NCBI RefSeq assembly: GCF_006345805.1
Contig: NC_043004.1
Span: 47,926,001 to 47,990,000, forward strand
Length of the DNA: 64,000 nucleotides
From: Octopus sinensis
Lineage: Eukaryota
Direction: 5' to 3'
Every line of letters begins with the position of its first letter. Positions within the stretch are counted from its first letter, which is position 1. A program made the translations under genes and the position numbers. The notes beneath the pieces are model-generated. The model was not told the DNA's origin and did no database searches. It worked only from the letters and a program-made list of their open reading frames with translations. Shown piece after piece: positions 51,577 to 64,000 of this stretch.

Positions 51577-51769
51577 TCCCCCTACATCGCTTGACAACCG
51601 ATGCTGATGTGTTTACGTTCCCGTAACTTAGCGGTTCGGCAAAAGAAACCGATAGAATAAGTACTAGGTTTACAAAGAATAAGTCCTGGGATCGATTTTC
51701 TCGATTGATTAAAGGCAGTACTCCAGCATGGCCACAGTCAAATGACTGAAACAAGTAAAAGAGTAAAAG
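51324..51769 (+). mobile_element. SINE group A, full length
   Basis: Same head, core and tail as the other A copies. Confidence 0.9.
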
Positions 51770-52454
51770 CTGATTATATACGTATGTATGCGATCATTGG
51801 CGATAAAACGGCTGGGATGCTGTTGGTAGAACGAATCATTTCGATGGAGAACCAGAAATTTCAAATCCTTGCCAGTTTTTTTTATTAATAAAAAAGTAAA
51901 ATAAATCAATAACTTTGTTGGCAAGTCTCATATAACTGTGTATACATCTATGATCATTATTGATTATTTTTACGATTATAAAAATATTTTAGTAATACAA
52001 GAATAAATAAGGTTTATATTTCGTATTTATATATTTATTGTAGGAGGGGGAAATTAGTTCTGTGTATAAACCGTAAGAATATTCGAATTAGTTTTAAAAG
52101 CTTAGAAAGGGCTATTAATAGCATTATAAAAGAAAATTATTATCCTATAATTTGTTTAATAACCTGTAAATAATAACTAATGTCCGCTTTCCTTGAGCAA
52201 AGAGTTATTTACTTGATAATAGCAGTGGTAGTGGTGGTGGTGGTGGTGATGATGATGGTGGTCGAAGCGGTGTAGGTTATGGTAGGGTAGTTATGTTAAT
52301 TTTTGTAAAAACATTTTTTTACAATACTGATAGGTTTTTAAGCGTAAAAGAAAAATTATGTAGTATACGAAGAAAATGGGTTAAGAAGTCATTTTTTAAA
52401 TATTTTGTAGATATGCTATCAATATTTTAGATAAACAACTAAATTGCTCGATAT

Positions 52455-53175
52455 GAGAGTTCCTTATCTCCATGTCAACCGGGAATAGGTGGGGGGAGAT
52501 GGAACTTTGGTGTTGTTCCGGAAAGGTTTAGATTTCAAGATAAGGGCCATCTTTCTGGACTCAGAAGGTAAGTTGGTGGTCTGGGATCTGAGTAGTAGTG
52601 ATGGAGATGCTTTCAGGCTGGTGGCTATTTTTGGTACGAGGTGGTCAGGAAAACCAGAATACCTCAGACTTCTGGAGGTCTTCCTGGGAACGTCTCGACC
52701 TTTTTGTGCTAATGGGTGACTGGAACGCTATCTTGGACGCACGTTTAGATTGTATGGAGTTAGGTGTTAGTAGAGGTAGGGTGAAAAAGCCTACAAACCT
52801 GATCTGACATTTTCGATTGACTGACAGACCTCATCTGGATTTCCCGAATAAGCCGGCATGGACATGAACGAAACGCATACGAATAGTCTGTAGGCTAGTA
52901 GATAAAGATAGCATAAATTGTCCACTTTTTTAAATCGTCGGATACACAGACTACAAATTTTTGATGTACCCAGTGGACCTGGATAGGCTTTATAGGCAGC
53001 GACCAGGCTACAGGAATCGGAACGTGTCACTCCCGGAGTGCCAAGATTACAGAGAATGGATTAGCGAATTAGTTAAGCGGGCATTAATGGGGTCATCCTC
53101 AACAATAAACGGTGGTTTGCCCTGAAAAGGAGTATAAGGGTGGAACCGTTTAGGTCTAGTAAGGAATTAGTGATA
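52455..53175 (+). pseudogene. Tx1/L1-clade apurinic endonuclease fragment
   Basis: GTLVLFRKGLDFKIRAIFLDSEGKLVV...VLMGDWNAILDARLD...TDYK; paralogous to 54310-54830. Confidence 0.8.
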
Positions 53176-53189
53176 GAAAGAAATAGAGT

Positions 53190-53514
53190 ACGAGAAACAA
53201 CAGGATGAAGAAGAAGAAGAAGAAGAAGAAGAAGAAGAAGAAGCAGAAGAAGAAGGAGGAGAAGAAGAAGAAGAAGAAGAAGAAGAAGAAGAAGAGAAGA
53301 AGAAGAAGAAGAAGAAGAAGAAGAAGAAGAGAAGAAGAAGAAGAAGAAGAAGAAGAAGAAGAAGAAAAGTGTCAAGAAAAGAAGAATGACGAAAAGCAGA
53401 AATAAGGCGAGAGGAGGAAGGAGTAAAGTCTTCCTCACTACTTGGGAGTAGCACCAGCAGCGGTGGCGGAAGCTTCAGTAGCAGTAGCAACAACAACAAC
53501 AGCAGCAGCAACAA

Positions 53515-53545
<31 letters not shown>

Positions 53546-56500
53546 AACAACAGCAGCAACAACAACACGAGAAGAAAACATACAAGACACGGCCTCCTCC
53601 ACGCATCCAAGTGATGATGAGGGAGAAGCCCAAGAAGCAAAACCAAAAACAAGAAACTGACACAGAAAAAAAGGGAGAAATCCAAGAAACGGCAAACACA
53701 GACACACTGATGACAACACCAACACTACAAGTACCATAATCACCAACACCACCACAAACATCCACAACTGAATCAAAAATACAATAAAAGATTAAAAAGA
53801 AAAATCTCACTACAACAACAATAACCGCGCAGCTGCGGAATCTCGTGCTAGTGAGGAGGGCCTATAAAAAGCTGATGGCTCTCATAGCACAAAACCAGAA
53901 CACTAAAGCAGAGGGGTAGATCTGCAGCCCCAACACTTTTGGAGTACTGGAGAGCCTAATGATGTTGCGATTGATATCAGAGATTATACGAGCATTAAGC
54001 AGAGTTACCCGTATGACATTGGATTTCCTAGTGTAACGGCTAGCAGATGGCTTTTAAGAGAGTTCCCAGAGGAACCCAACAAAACAGACAGTGTGGGAAT
54101 GCCACTCAACCACAAACAGCACCAGGAGGGTAACTGAGACTCTCTTTACCCTTTCATGGTGATTCTAAAAATAGGTTTATAAATGTATGTGGCCTGGGGT
54201 CGTCGTGGAAGCAAGGATGCTTGTGCAACGACCTCATGTGGATAAGTCTGGACGTAATAGCCATCAATGAGACCAGGATCTGGACACACGAGTCTTGGCT
54301 CCAATTTTCGATAGGGTGGCAGTGTTGTTCAGACAAGCCCTGGATCTTGAGATACGATCGGTCTTCCTGAACACGGAAGGTAAGTTAGTGGTTCTGGACG
54401 TGAACGATAATCAAGGTACCGACGGGAGCTGGGCAGCCGAAGTTCTTCAGACCCCTGTTGGTCTTTCTAGGGACGTTGTGCTCTTTAGTTTTAGTGGACG
54501 ATTGGGGCGCTATTTTGGAGGCACGTATAGATTGGGTGGGTGTAGTGGATCAGTAAGTGGGGTGTGCAAGCCTCACAAACCAGCTCAATCGTTTCCTGAT
54601 GGCGGACAGGTTCAGACTGGATTTCCCGAATACTTTAGTGAGGACAAACAGTGGCGGGTTATCCAGATCTTATCTAAATAGGGTAATTTTGTAGGCCAGC
54701 AGATAGGAATTGCATAGGGTGTCCACAATTTGAATTGCACAGACTACAAATTTGTGATCTGTGCGGTTGACCTATAAAGGCTCCATGAGCAGGGACCCAG
54801 ATACTGGAAGCTAAACCTTTCCTTCCCGGCGCGTGAAGCTTTCAGAGACCCGCTTAGGAAGTTAGTCCATCGAAAGTTTACGGGTGCAGTCGTCTACAAC
54901 CAATGGTGGGGTGGGGCTGAAACGGGCGATTAGATTAGAAGCTGTAAAATTTAGCAGAGAACTAGGGATAGAGAATACTAGAGTAGAGGGAGACCTAGTT
55001 AGAAAATTAGAAGTGGCACTCAGCAGAGGCACAGCGATCGACGTGCTGACTGCTAGATTGGTTCTCAACCAATTTTTCATCACCAAGCATGAAAGGCGCA
55101 TCGTCAGAGCTAGGGTGCGTGCTCTACAGCAAGAAGGAACAAAAGCCGTTCGAAGGAGCTGGGTGGCCGAGGCACAACGTGGTAATAAGACTACAATTCG
55201 GTCTTTGAGGGATCGGGACGGGCGCATGCTACATGAGTGGAAGCACGCTTGTGCGGATTTCAGCGGCATTTTGCAGAACTGTAAGGGGTGTGCAGTGGCC
55301 CGAAGGTGGATATGAACTTCACCTTGATGGTATGGCATGGCTTTCGGCCAGGGACGTGGACTTCTGCGAAATGCTGATAACAGCTGAGGATATACGTGAT
55401 ACATTGGCTAGTTGCACAAGAGAGAAATCTCCGGGGTTAGATGGTCTGCCCTTCGATCTTTATATACATATGCTAGACTTGTTTCGTGAGCTTTTGTGAC
55501 ACGTCTACCGCAACTGGCAGCAAAATGGGAAAATAACCGGATCTGTGACCCGAAATTTGGTGACGCTACTGAGAAAGGATCCGAACAAATTTAGACCGGT
55601 AACACTGCTAAATACACATTACTAAATTTTGGCCAAGGTGTTAGCAAAGAGGTTGGCACTTGTCGTTGACAGACTGGTGAGTGATGCGAAGACTTGTGCT
55701 ATCCCCAGCAGAACTATATCTGAGAACCTCCACCTCACGTGATACATCATAGAGAGGTTTGGTAAAGAACCTGGCATGGGTGGGCCACTGATCCATTTGG
55801 ATCAATCGAAACCTTTTGATAGCGTCGGCTACCTGTACTTGGAGGCTCTCCTCATGGCGGCTGGTTTCGGCCCCGTTTTCAGAGGCTGAACCACTGCGAT
55901 GTATAGCGACATTTGGCCGAAGTAAATGGCCACCTCTCGGAATCGTTTAGTATCGCACGTTCGGTCCGTTATGGATGCCCACTTTCAACCCTTCTCTAAC
56001 TACTAACGATCGAGCTATTACTTCGGAAGCTGGAGGTTTCGGTGGGGGGACACGTGACCTGGGATGCGGAACGTTCGTAGCAGCGCAGACGGACGACATC
56101 ACCGTGATAGTGTCGGACATCTTGGAAATCGGGATGAGATCGGCACTACTCTTAGGGAATACAACGCGCTGGCATGAACAATGATTAATTAGAAGAAGTC
56201 AGTGGAGCTACAACTCGGCACCTGGAGAGGCAGGCTCATGCCAACCAACAGCGTGGTGAGGCATTGGACGGAAGGACCTGTTTAGTTGCTCGGGTTCTGG
56301 TTCGGTCCGAATCTCTAAGTGGACAAGAACTGAGACGAGGTGACGGACAGGGTGGCCAGTCTCACCCAGAAATGGACCGAAATGAATCTGTACCTGAAAG
56401 ACGGGTGACAGTGGCGAATGCGTACATCGCATCCGTCATGTACTATCGCTTGACTCTCGTCCCTTGCCCCGGTTCGTGACAGAACGGGCTGGTGCGTTTG

Positions 56501-57311
56501 CTCTTCCGCTTCCTGTAGAAGTGAGGGTACCGCTTGTCAGACGGTTCATTTGCTATCAGCACCCTTTGCGTGGGGGACTGTGCATGCCGTGGCTGAAGAT
56601 GCGTAGGTATGCGCTGAGGCTGCGGCATCTCGAGCGATATCTTAAAGGTGAGCAAGAGTGGTTACCGTTTGCTGAAAGCGCTTTGCCGCAGCCTGTCTCC
56701 TTGACAGAGTTACAGTCCTGGATCAGGCGTAGACCGAGGCATCCAGTATGACAATGTGGTCCTGGATCAGGCGTAGACCGACCTCATCCAGTATGACAAT
56801 GTGGTCGGTGGAAGTTTCACCTTGTAGTTCTATAAGGGATTGGTCTGGTGGCTATGACAAAAGAGGTTGTATGGTGGAAGCGATTGAAAGGGTTAAAGAT
56901 GGGTACCCTCCTCTTTGACCGATGCCTCATTAACTTCTCGCGGTTCCACCTGCAAAGGAAAGTGAGGCTGGAGAGGGAGATACTGTCACCCAGTACGTTC
57001 GTTGAAAGGTGGGCGAATGTGACAAGAATGGCCCGCCTCAATGGGCCTATTCTAATTGTCCGCCAGTACACCGTATGGAAGGGAGAGGAGAGGATACCTT
57101 CCTGGAGATCTGTTGGTGTTAAGGGGTCCAAAGAGCGTAAAGTCTCTTTGGTAACTGCCTCCTATTGGGGAAGCATATTGTTGATTTAATCTCCTTGTTA
57201 ATCGTTGTGTTTGTTGACTGTTTACAAGTTTAACCTCATTGTCCATCGTCTGTATATCGTCCTCTATGTTTTGTGTTCGGCCCTAGTGGCCCTTTAGGCC
57301 AATAAAAAAAG
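53190..57311 (+). mobile_element. Tx1/L1-clade LINE, 5'-truncated and degenerate (ORF1 low-complexity tail, ORF2, 3' UTR), ending in (TAA/TTA)n
   Basis: (GAA)n and (CAA)n ORF1-like tail; ORF2 relic; AATAAA at 57301. Confidence 0.8.
54156..57060 (+). pseudogene. LINE ORF2 relic: APE endonuclease, RT and C-terminus, with many stops and frameshifts
   Basis: INVCGL...INETR, TDYKF, GPRYWKLN, KSPGLDGLP, FRPVTLLN, LDQSKPFDSV, GCPLS, AQTDDITV, GGLCMP, WWKRLKG. Confidence 0.9.
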
Positions 57312-57334
57312 AATAATAATAATTATTATTATTA

Positions 57335-57372
<38 letters not shown>

Positions 57373-57514
57373 GTTATTATTATTAATGCGGTGATATGGT
57401 AGAAGCGTTAATTAAGTACCAGCTAAATAGTTGGGTCGACGTAATTGAGTAGTCGCCTCCCCACAAATTTCAGGCCTTGTGCTTATCGTAGAAAGGATAA
57501 TTATTGTTATTATT

Positions 57515-57860
57515 AAGGCGGCGAGCTCGCGGAACCGTTAGCACGCCGGGAAAAATGCTTAGCGGCACTTCATCTGTCCTTACATTCTGAGTTCAAATTC
57601 CGCCAAGGTCGACTTTGCCTTTCATCCTTTAGAAGTCATAAAGTAAGTACAAGTTGAGCACTGAGGTCGATGTAATCGACTTACTCCATCCCTCGAACTT
57701 GGTGGACTTGTGCCAAAATTGGAAACCATTGTTAGGAGGAGAGCTAGCAGAACTGTTAGCACACCGGGCAAAATGCATGGTGGATTTTCTCTTGACCTTA
57801 CGTTCCGAGTTCAGATTCCGCCGTGACCAACTTTACTCTTCATCCTTTCGAGGCATATAA
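57515..57860 (+). mobile_element. SINE B2 followed by a partial B
   Basis: Heads at about 57517 and 57736, B boxes, core. Confidence 0.8.
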
Positions 57861-58958
57861 ATACCTACCAGGCCTTATACCTACAGCAGAAAGGGGTACT
57901 ATCATTATTATCATTATACTATTACTATGATATATATCTTCGTTCCCCTCAAAGTTATTTTCCCCAAGTATATAGTGTCCCTCTTTCATTCCGCTTGAAT
58001 CAATTTTGCTCAAAGCCAATCTTATCTCACAGCCCTTATTGAAACCTCGATGCTTCACCAAGCCAATGTTCCTAACTCATCTTTTTCATAGCTGATATAA
58101 TAAACCTTGTGCCAGTTTATAGTATGTAATTGTTATCACTCAAATGTATTCGGAGACAACATAATCTATATACCATCAAGTGATATTTTGTACAGTTTGA
58201 AAACCCTGCAAGTGACTTCACTGTTATTATATGCCAACCAAACCAAAATAAAAAAAAAGTCTTCTTTACATATTGACTACTTCAGTCAACTGAGATATTT
58301 TTTCTATATATCGAAAATATTTATTAAATTATGTACGTATATGTGTGCGACTGTATGTCAGAGAGACTGTCCTTTATTTAGTTCACGTTTTTAGTTGTTT
58401 TGTATTCTCATACAGCTAAGACCTTTATTAAAATATTTTTTTTTACATGTGTATACGTATGTGCTGTATGTATGTGTGTGTCTAAGTATCTATGCAGTTA
58501 GGTAGGTAAGCATAAATTTCGTTTGATGTAACGAACCAATACACCCATTAATAGTAAGATAAAAGAAGCAAAATTGTACGTTATTACAATATGGTACAGT
58601 GCAATGAAGAAGGTCAAAACAATACATAATCAGGCTAAATATGTTGCGTTGATGCCATATTTTTTTTTTTAATTTTATAATTCTCTCGTAATCGATTACT
58701 TTTACATCCTCTGTCTTCTAATCATTTTCATTTTACACTGTATTGCTTCTTTTTGCATACTGAACCTTGTTTCTTGGTGAAATTAATCACCATTTGAGTT
58801 ATGAGCAGACTGTATAAAAACTGTTCACTAAAGCTAGGATAAAACTAGGCATAGTGGATTTTCTCCTCACCTTACGTTCCGAGTTCAGATTCCGCCGTGA
58901 CCGACTTTACTCTTCATCCTACGGACACACTGGATAATTTAGCCCTATATGTAAAAAC

Positions 58959-59349
58959 GGAGGCACAATGGCCCAGTGGTTAGGGTAGGGACTCGCGGTC
59001 GTAGGATCGCGGTTTCGATTCCCAGGCCGGACGTTGTGAGTGTTTATTGAGCGAAAACACCTAAAGCTCCATGAGGCTCCGGCAGGGGATGGTGGTGATC
59101 CCTGCTGTACTCTTTCACCACAACTTTCTCTCACTCTTACTTCCTGTTTCTGTTGTACCTGTATTTCAAAGGGCCGGCCTTGTCACTCTTTGTGTCACGC
59201 TGAATATCCCCGAGAACTACGTTAAGGGTACACGTGTTTGTGGAATGCTCAGCCACTTACACGTTAATTTCACGAGCAGGCTGTTCCGTTGATCGGATCA
59301 ACCGGAACCCTCGTCGTCGTAGCCGACGGAGTGCTTCCATCCAACCATG
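58959..59349 (+). mobile_element. SINE group C with tail gamma, 10-bp TSD
   Basis: TSD atgtaaaaac at 58949-58958 and 59350-59359; tRNA-like head ggaggcacaatggcccagtggttaggg. Confidence 0.9.
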
Positions 59350-60899
59350 ATGTAAAAACACATGGAATAGTGGATTGCCTTGATCATAGATCTTCTAGGT
59401 TAGAGTTTCCCTGGTTCTAAATAACAATAACCATGTCCCTGTGAAGTATATCAGCAGTTTAAATGAATTGGTATCAACTTGAGATAGAAAGCGAGCTGCA
59501 AGCTCAGTATGGCAGAAACATATATGTTACTACTAATACAGAGCTCACCAATCATTTTATTACGATGTTGTAATAAAATCTGGTCTGATCGTAAATTATA
59601 AGAAGCAGAGTATTAAGATGTCTATAGACACATTTTATTGATTTATGGATTAGAACGCTTAGCATTCCCACTAAACTTGATAAAAAATGAGAGATAGAGA
59701 ACGAAATGTGAACCATCATATACATACCGCAATGAAAATAAGCTGAAGTAAAACAAACATTCTCGTAAAAATCTGACCAAACAAACAGATTTTGTTGAGC
59801 AGATTAGAAAGGAAGAACTAGATTTTATTTTAATGACTATTGAACATTTCCAATATAAAAAGAGATTAAATAGAGCAGTGTTAATGCGTGTAACAAAAAT
59901 AGTTTTTGAATTACTTATCACGAAAGTAGAATTACAATAGTTTAAAACATCAAATATCTCATAAATCGTAGTCCCTACAATATCTCGATCTCAATGCCAC
60001 CCAATATATCGTATCTCAGTTATGACCCTACGAAATTAATGCCAACAATTAGTCTAGCTTACGACTAAATATTTACTATAGCAATACAGTTATAAAGACC
60101 TCTTGATTTGTAGTTCAAATACTTTTATATCGTAAACCTCAAGCGTATACAATTTAACATTATATATAGTTTCAACTGTTTTTTCCAAACTCCTATTTAC
60201 TAGATTATAATATTTCACTATATGTTCTTTTCTCTTCATATATATATATATATGTTTGGTTACCTCCCAAAATTATGTCCTTATCCATTTACAGGCTTAT
60301 TGTCAACTTACGAATAAAACTTTTCAAATCCCCATGCTCTTGTGGCTCGCTGTTATTCCATATGTTAGAACTCTAAATTAGGTGGAAAAGCATAATGTTT
60401 ACGTTTGTATATTTTTTTGCAAGATTTTTGATGTGAAATCGTGTGTTGAAACAGATATTGTTGTATTTAGGAATGGTCATTTTGCCAGTTTAGCCAATAA
60501 AAACACACGCACTATATAGTTGGTGTTACTTTGCTGCAGCGTTATTTATTTTTTACATTAATCTTAATCTTATTTCGGCCAGAGTTCTTTCATCACATGT
60601 ATGTATGTATGTATGTATGTATGTATGTATATATGTATGTATGTATGTATGTATGCATGTTAAATTTATATATGTACATATATATATACATACATTCGAC
60701 CGGCTTCCACGCAGTTCCGTTTACCAAATTCACACACGATGTTTCAGGAGGGCTGATGTAAAAAAAACACTTGCCCAAGGTGCCCCCAAGGTCTTCCTAA
60801 CCTCACAATTATGCCTGCGCTGTGTATACATACAAACACACACACACACACAGATGTATGTATATATAATTTCAAAATGTAACCAGAGGTGAATAGTTG

Positions 60900-61000
60900 G
60901 GATTTTTTTTCCTCCGTCTTCTTTTTGCATTGGACTTCTCTCTATTTCTGAAGAAGAGCTTTGCTCTAAACATAAAACCACCTTTCTTTCCTTCCTTGTG
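60900..61000 (+). mobile_element. HH1-family short element, degenerate hammerhead at 60944-60979
   Basis: attt-CTGAAGA-a-GAGC ttt GCTC-TAAAC-ata-aaacc (G12 mutated). Confidence 0.6.
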
Positions 61001-61189
61001 GCAGCAAGCGATATTAGCATTAAAAGGGTATGCAATAAATTATTAATTATATTAGAGAGTACACGTTTGCCCGTTTTCTCTTGGTCCGTTACATATTTTC
61101 AGTAACATTGCTGATTGATTAAGTTGAGGTTTTTTATTTCCTCTCTCTAGCAAGCTTGTGCTTGTGTACCCTTTAATAAAATTAAGAAG

Positions 61190-61241
<52 letters not shown>

Positions 61242-61287
61242 ATATATATATATATATAATATATATAGATATATATATATATATACT

Positions 61288-61490
61288 TAATCCAAACAAG
61301 AAAACACAAAAAACACAACAACGCGAGGACGTGGAACAAATATAGTATTATTGGACGCTCAGGAAAGAAGGGAAGAAGGAGGGTTTAACGTTTCGAGCGG
61401 AGCTCTTCGTCGGAAACATAGGAGAAGGAAAGATCCCGAGAAGGGAAGACAGAGGGAAAAAATTCGCCAACGGTACACATGAGGTCACAT
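61288..61490 (-). mobile_element. HH1-family short element between (TA)n tracts
   Basis: Homologous to 60900-61000, 63565-63700 and, weakly, 22070-22165. Confidence 0.7.
61383..61417 (-). ncRNA. Minimal type-I hammerhead ribozyme candidate (HH1, Penelope-type)
   Basis: Reverse complement: GTTT-CCGACGA-A-GAGC TCC GCTC-GAA-ACGT-T-AAAC; 4-bp stem I, 4-bp stem II, palindromic ACGT stem III. U4 is C. Confidence 0.65.
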
Positions 61491-61881
61491 ATATATATAG
61501 TGAGAGAGTCTCTCGTGCTCATGACTTAGTGTTTGTTTCTTCCATGGGTATGAGTAAGTATCTCATTTATTTCTTTGCCACATTTATCACTGACGAAGGG
61601 AGGGTTCTTACGAACTAACCCTGAAATCGGTCCGATGTGGTAATAATGGAGTTTTTTAGAAATTTCTGTCGACCTTTTTTGAGTAGCGTGCGTATTGTAA
61701 AAAAAGTATAATGGTTATGGACAATGTGTCTAATTTCGGCATATTTGGCTTTAGAAATTTTTTCGTTTGCCCTTATTTATAAGTTATATATATATATATA
61801 TATAAGTTCAATAGCTCAATGCTATAAGCTTCGTGCGAAACACATTTACGTTTGCCATTTGAAACATTGTAAATCTATAAT

Positions 61882-62111
61882 ATTTCTTTACTACCCACAA
61901 GGGGCTAAACATAGAGGGAACAAACAAGGACAGACAAACGGATTAAGTCGATTACATCGACCCCAGTGCGTAAGTGGTACTTAATTTATCGACCCCGAAA
62001 GGATGAAAGGCAAAGTCGACCTCGGCGGAATTTGAACTCAGATCCTAACGGCAGACGAAATACGGCTACGCATTTCGCCCGGAGTGCTAACGTTTCTGCC
62101 AGCTCGCCGCC
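61882..62111 (-). mobile_element. SINE B1, full length
   Basis: Head ggcggcgagctggcagaaacgttagc through tail ccccttgtgggtagtaaagaaata. Confidence 0.93.
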
Positions 62112-62395
62112 TTAAATGTATATACATATTGACAATGGGCGGAGAATTAACTTAGACGTGATCTCAGAATACCTCTCTCTAAACGCCTTCCCGGTATATA
62201 TACGTTTCCTATGTCACATAATATACTGTATGTTCTACTCACAATTGCCCATTGTAACCGTCTAGTCATTGCACTATACTGAAGTAATTCGGTCACACCA
62301 CACCAGTCAGGTCGAATGAGAAACAGAAGTGATAAAATACTGAAAACATAACGATATACACGCAAATGCATGCCGCACAGGAACGTGAGTACAGC

Positions 62396-62835
62396 GAATC
62401 TTTTCGGTTTGAACGGCAGTTTTTTTTTCTAGCGGTGTCATATGAAATTGTCACCCATAATTATGACCCTAGTATTGATCTATTGCATTTCAATCTGTTT
62501 TAGGGTTAGGGTTAGTTAGGGTTAGGGTTAGGGTTAGAGGTGGGGGAAGGGTATATTTCTTTCTTCACAAATGTAAATAAACCCAATCTGTTTCTTAAAC
62601 GAGGGGCATATTCATACGGCACAGAATGTTTTTACCTCAATAGACGTCAGTGATTGGTTGAAATTGCAGAAATTGAAGAAAGAAAACAACAAATATCTTA
62701 CAAACTATAGAATTTTCTCAATAAAGCCAAAAGAAAAAGATGTTTTATAAACACATTCTATCAGTATACGAAGTTTAAAATTTTTTTGTTACCTAGAAAT
62801 TATGTTAAAAACTGCCGTTCAAACCGAAAAGATCC
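62396..62835 (+). mobile_element. TTAGGG MITE (copy 4)
   Basis: TIRs present; TSD agtacagc/aatacagc at 62388-62395 and 62836-62843. Confidence 0.93.
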
Positions 62836-62945
62836 AATACAGCTAATGCGAAGGCATTTCTCAATTCTTAGCTTATAGACGAGCCACAAAGGAAATAATC
62901 AGTACAATAGTCCCTCAATGATTGCTTACTTATTATCCTTTACCC

Positions 62946-63305
62946 TGGCGCAGGCGTAGCTGTGTGGTAAAAAGTTTGATTCCCAACTATATAGTTCCGA
63001 GTTCAGCCCCCACTGGGTGTCTTCTACTATAGCCTTTGGCTGACCAAAGACAGAAACTGAAACTCGCCATATTTGTGTGTGTGTGTGTGTGTGTAAGTGT
63101 GTGTGGCGGGGAGAGATAGTATTAGTGATTTCCCACCACCATCACCCCTTGGCAACCGGCATTAGTATGTTTGCGTTTCCGTGACTTAGCTGTTCTGTAA
63201 CAATAGAATAGTAGAATGAACACCAGTCTTTGCAAAAAGTAAGTACTGGAGTCGAATCCTTCAACTAAAACATCATGGCTGCAGTCTAATGATTGAAGCA
63301 AATAA
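62946..63305 (+). mobile_element. SINE group A, degenerate
   Basis: Head ggcgcaggcgtagctgtgtggtaa, core remnant gtgtcttctactatagcc, 3' remnant. Confidence 0.7.
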
Positions 63306-63564
63306 AAAATGAAATATTAAAGTTATATTTCTTTTCTATGTCACTAATACAGCTCCTGTTGTCGAAAATCTCACAAAATCTTATGCAGCACTCTTGGATT
63401 CTACCTTATCAATACGCCTACTGAATGTACTGACATGAAACCAGTGGTATTAGACTATGAATTTTATTATAGAAATTATGTATCCACCGATATGGGGTTG
63501 AGAACTCAGTCCCTCACTTTGTCACTAATAAGTATCTGTGTTTATATGCGTGTATATATATATA

Positions 63565-63700
63565 TATTCCTCCGTCTTGCTTTACTATTGGACTTTCCTC
63601 TGTTTATGAAGAAGAGGTTTGCTCGAACGTTAAACCATCTTTCTTTCCGTCTCTGATCGTCTGTACTCGCGTTGTTGTTTTTTGTGTTTGATCATCGTTT
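63565..63700 (+). mobile_element. HH1-family short element, degenerate hammerhead at 63602-63636
   Basis: gttt-aTGAAGA-a-gag gtttg ctc-GAA-CGTT-aaac. Confidence 0.6.
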
Positions 63701-64000
63701 TTTTGGGGGGGTGGAGAGGGGTCACATAAATTTGTATATATATATAAGTAACTCATTTTTTACTGCATATTACCTCAATACATCTTACTAATATAGGCAG
63801 AATGAGATACCTTTATCTACAGGCTGAAACAGCTGTAAGATCCATTTTATGTGTATTATTCTTATGGTATTATTATCTTACATATTGATGTATATTGTTT
63901 TGTTGGATTTGGATGTTCCTATTTATGTAGTTAATAAATAATATGAATTGGTAATATCTTTAATCGATAATTGAAATGAATCTGTTCATCCATTTTTTTA

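Noticed and set aside
58959-59035. tRNA-like sequences at SINE heads (also 39310-39386 and 50680-50752)
   Set aside because: They continue into SINE bodies with tails and TSDs, so they are not called as tRNA genes.

Overview
AT-rich, repeat-dense eukaryotic DNA that is intergenic or intronic. The repeat families look like those I recognise from octopus/cephalopod genomes (inference, not a database result). I cannot support any host protein-coding exon, and almost every ORF in the track is a microsatellite or SINE read-through. The window is built from: (i) four tRNA-headed SINE groups, labelled A-D here as working names; (ii) at least five Tx1/L1-clade LINE pieces; (iii) R4/Dong-like, CR1-like, RTE-like and Penelope-like retroelement relics; (iv) a mariner relic, a Tc1-like MITE and four copies of an 8-bp-TSD MITE carrying TTAGGG repeats; (v) several fold-back palindromes; (vi) long simple repeats. 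The strongest signals are as follows. Two young Tx1-type copies sit in one (GATA)n tract with identical 3' junctions. SINE B1 shares its last ~33 nt with that LINE, and a covarying 4-bp stem-loop directly before AATAAA occurs in four different elements. Two families of short elements in (TA)n carry minimal hammerhead-ribozyme folds. SINE heads and tails are shuffled, including a two-SINE dimer inside one TSD. There is also one candidate promoter with a first non-coding exon near 26.3 kb.
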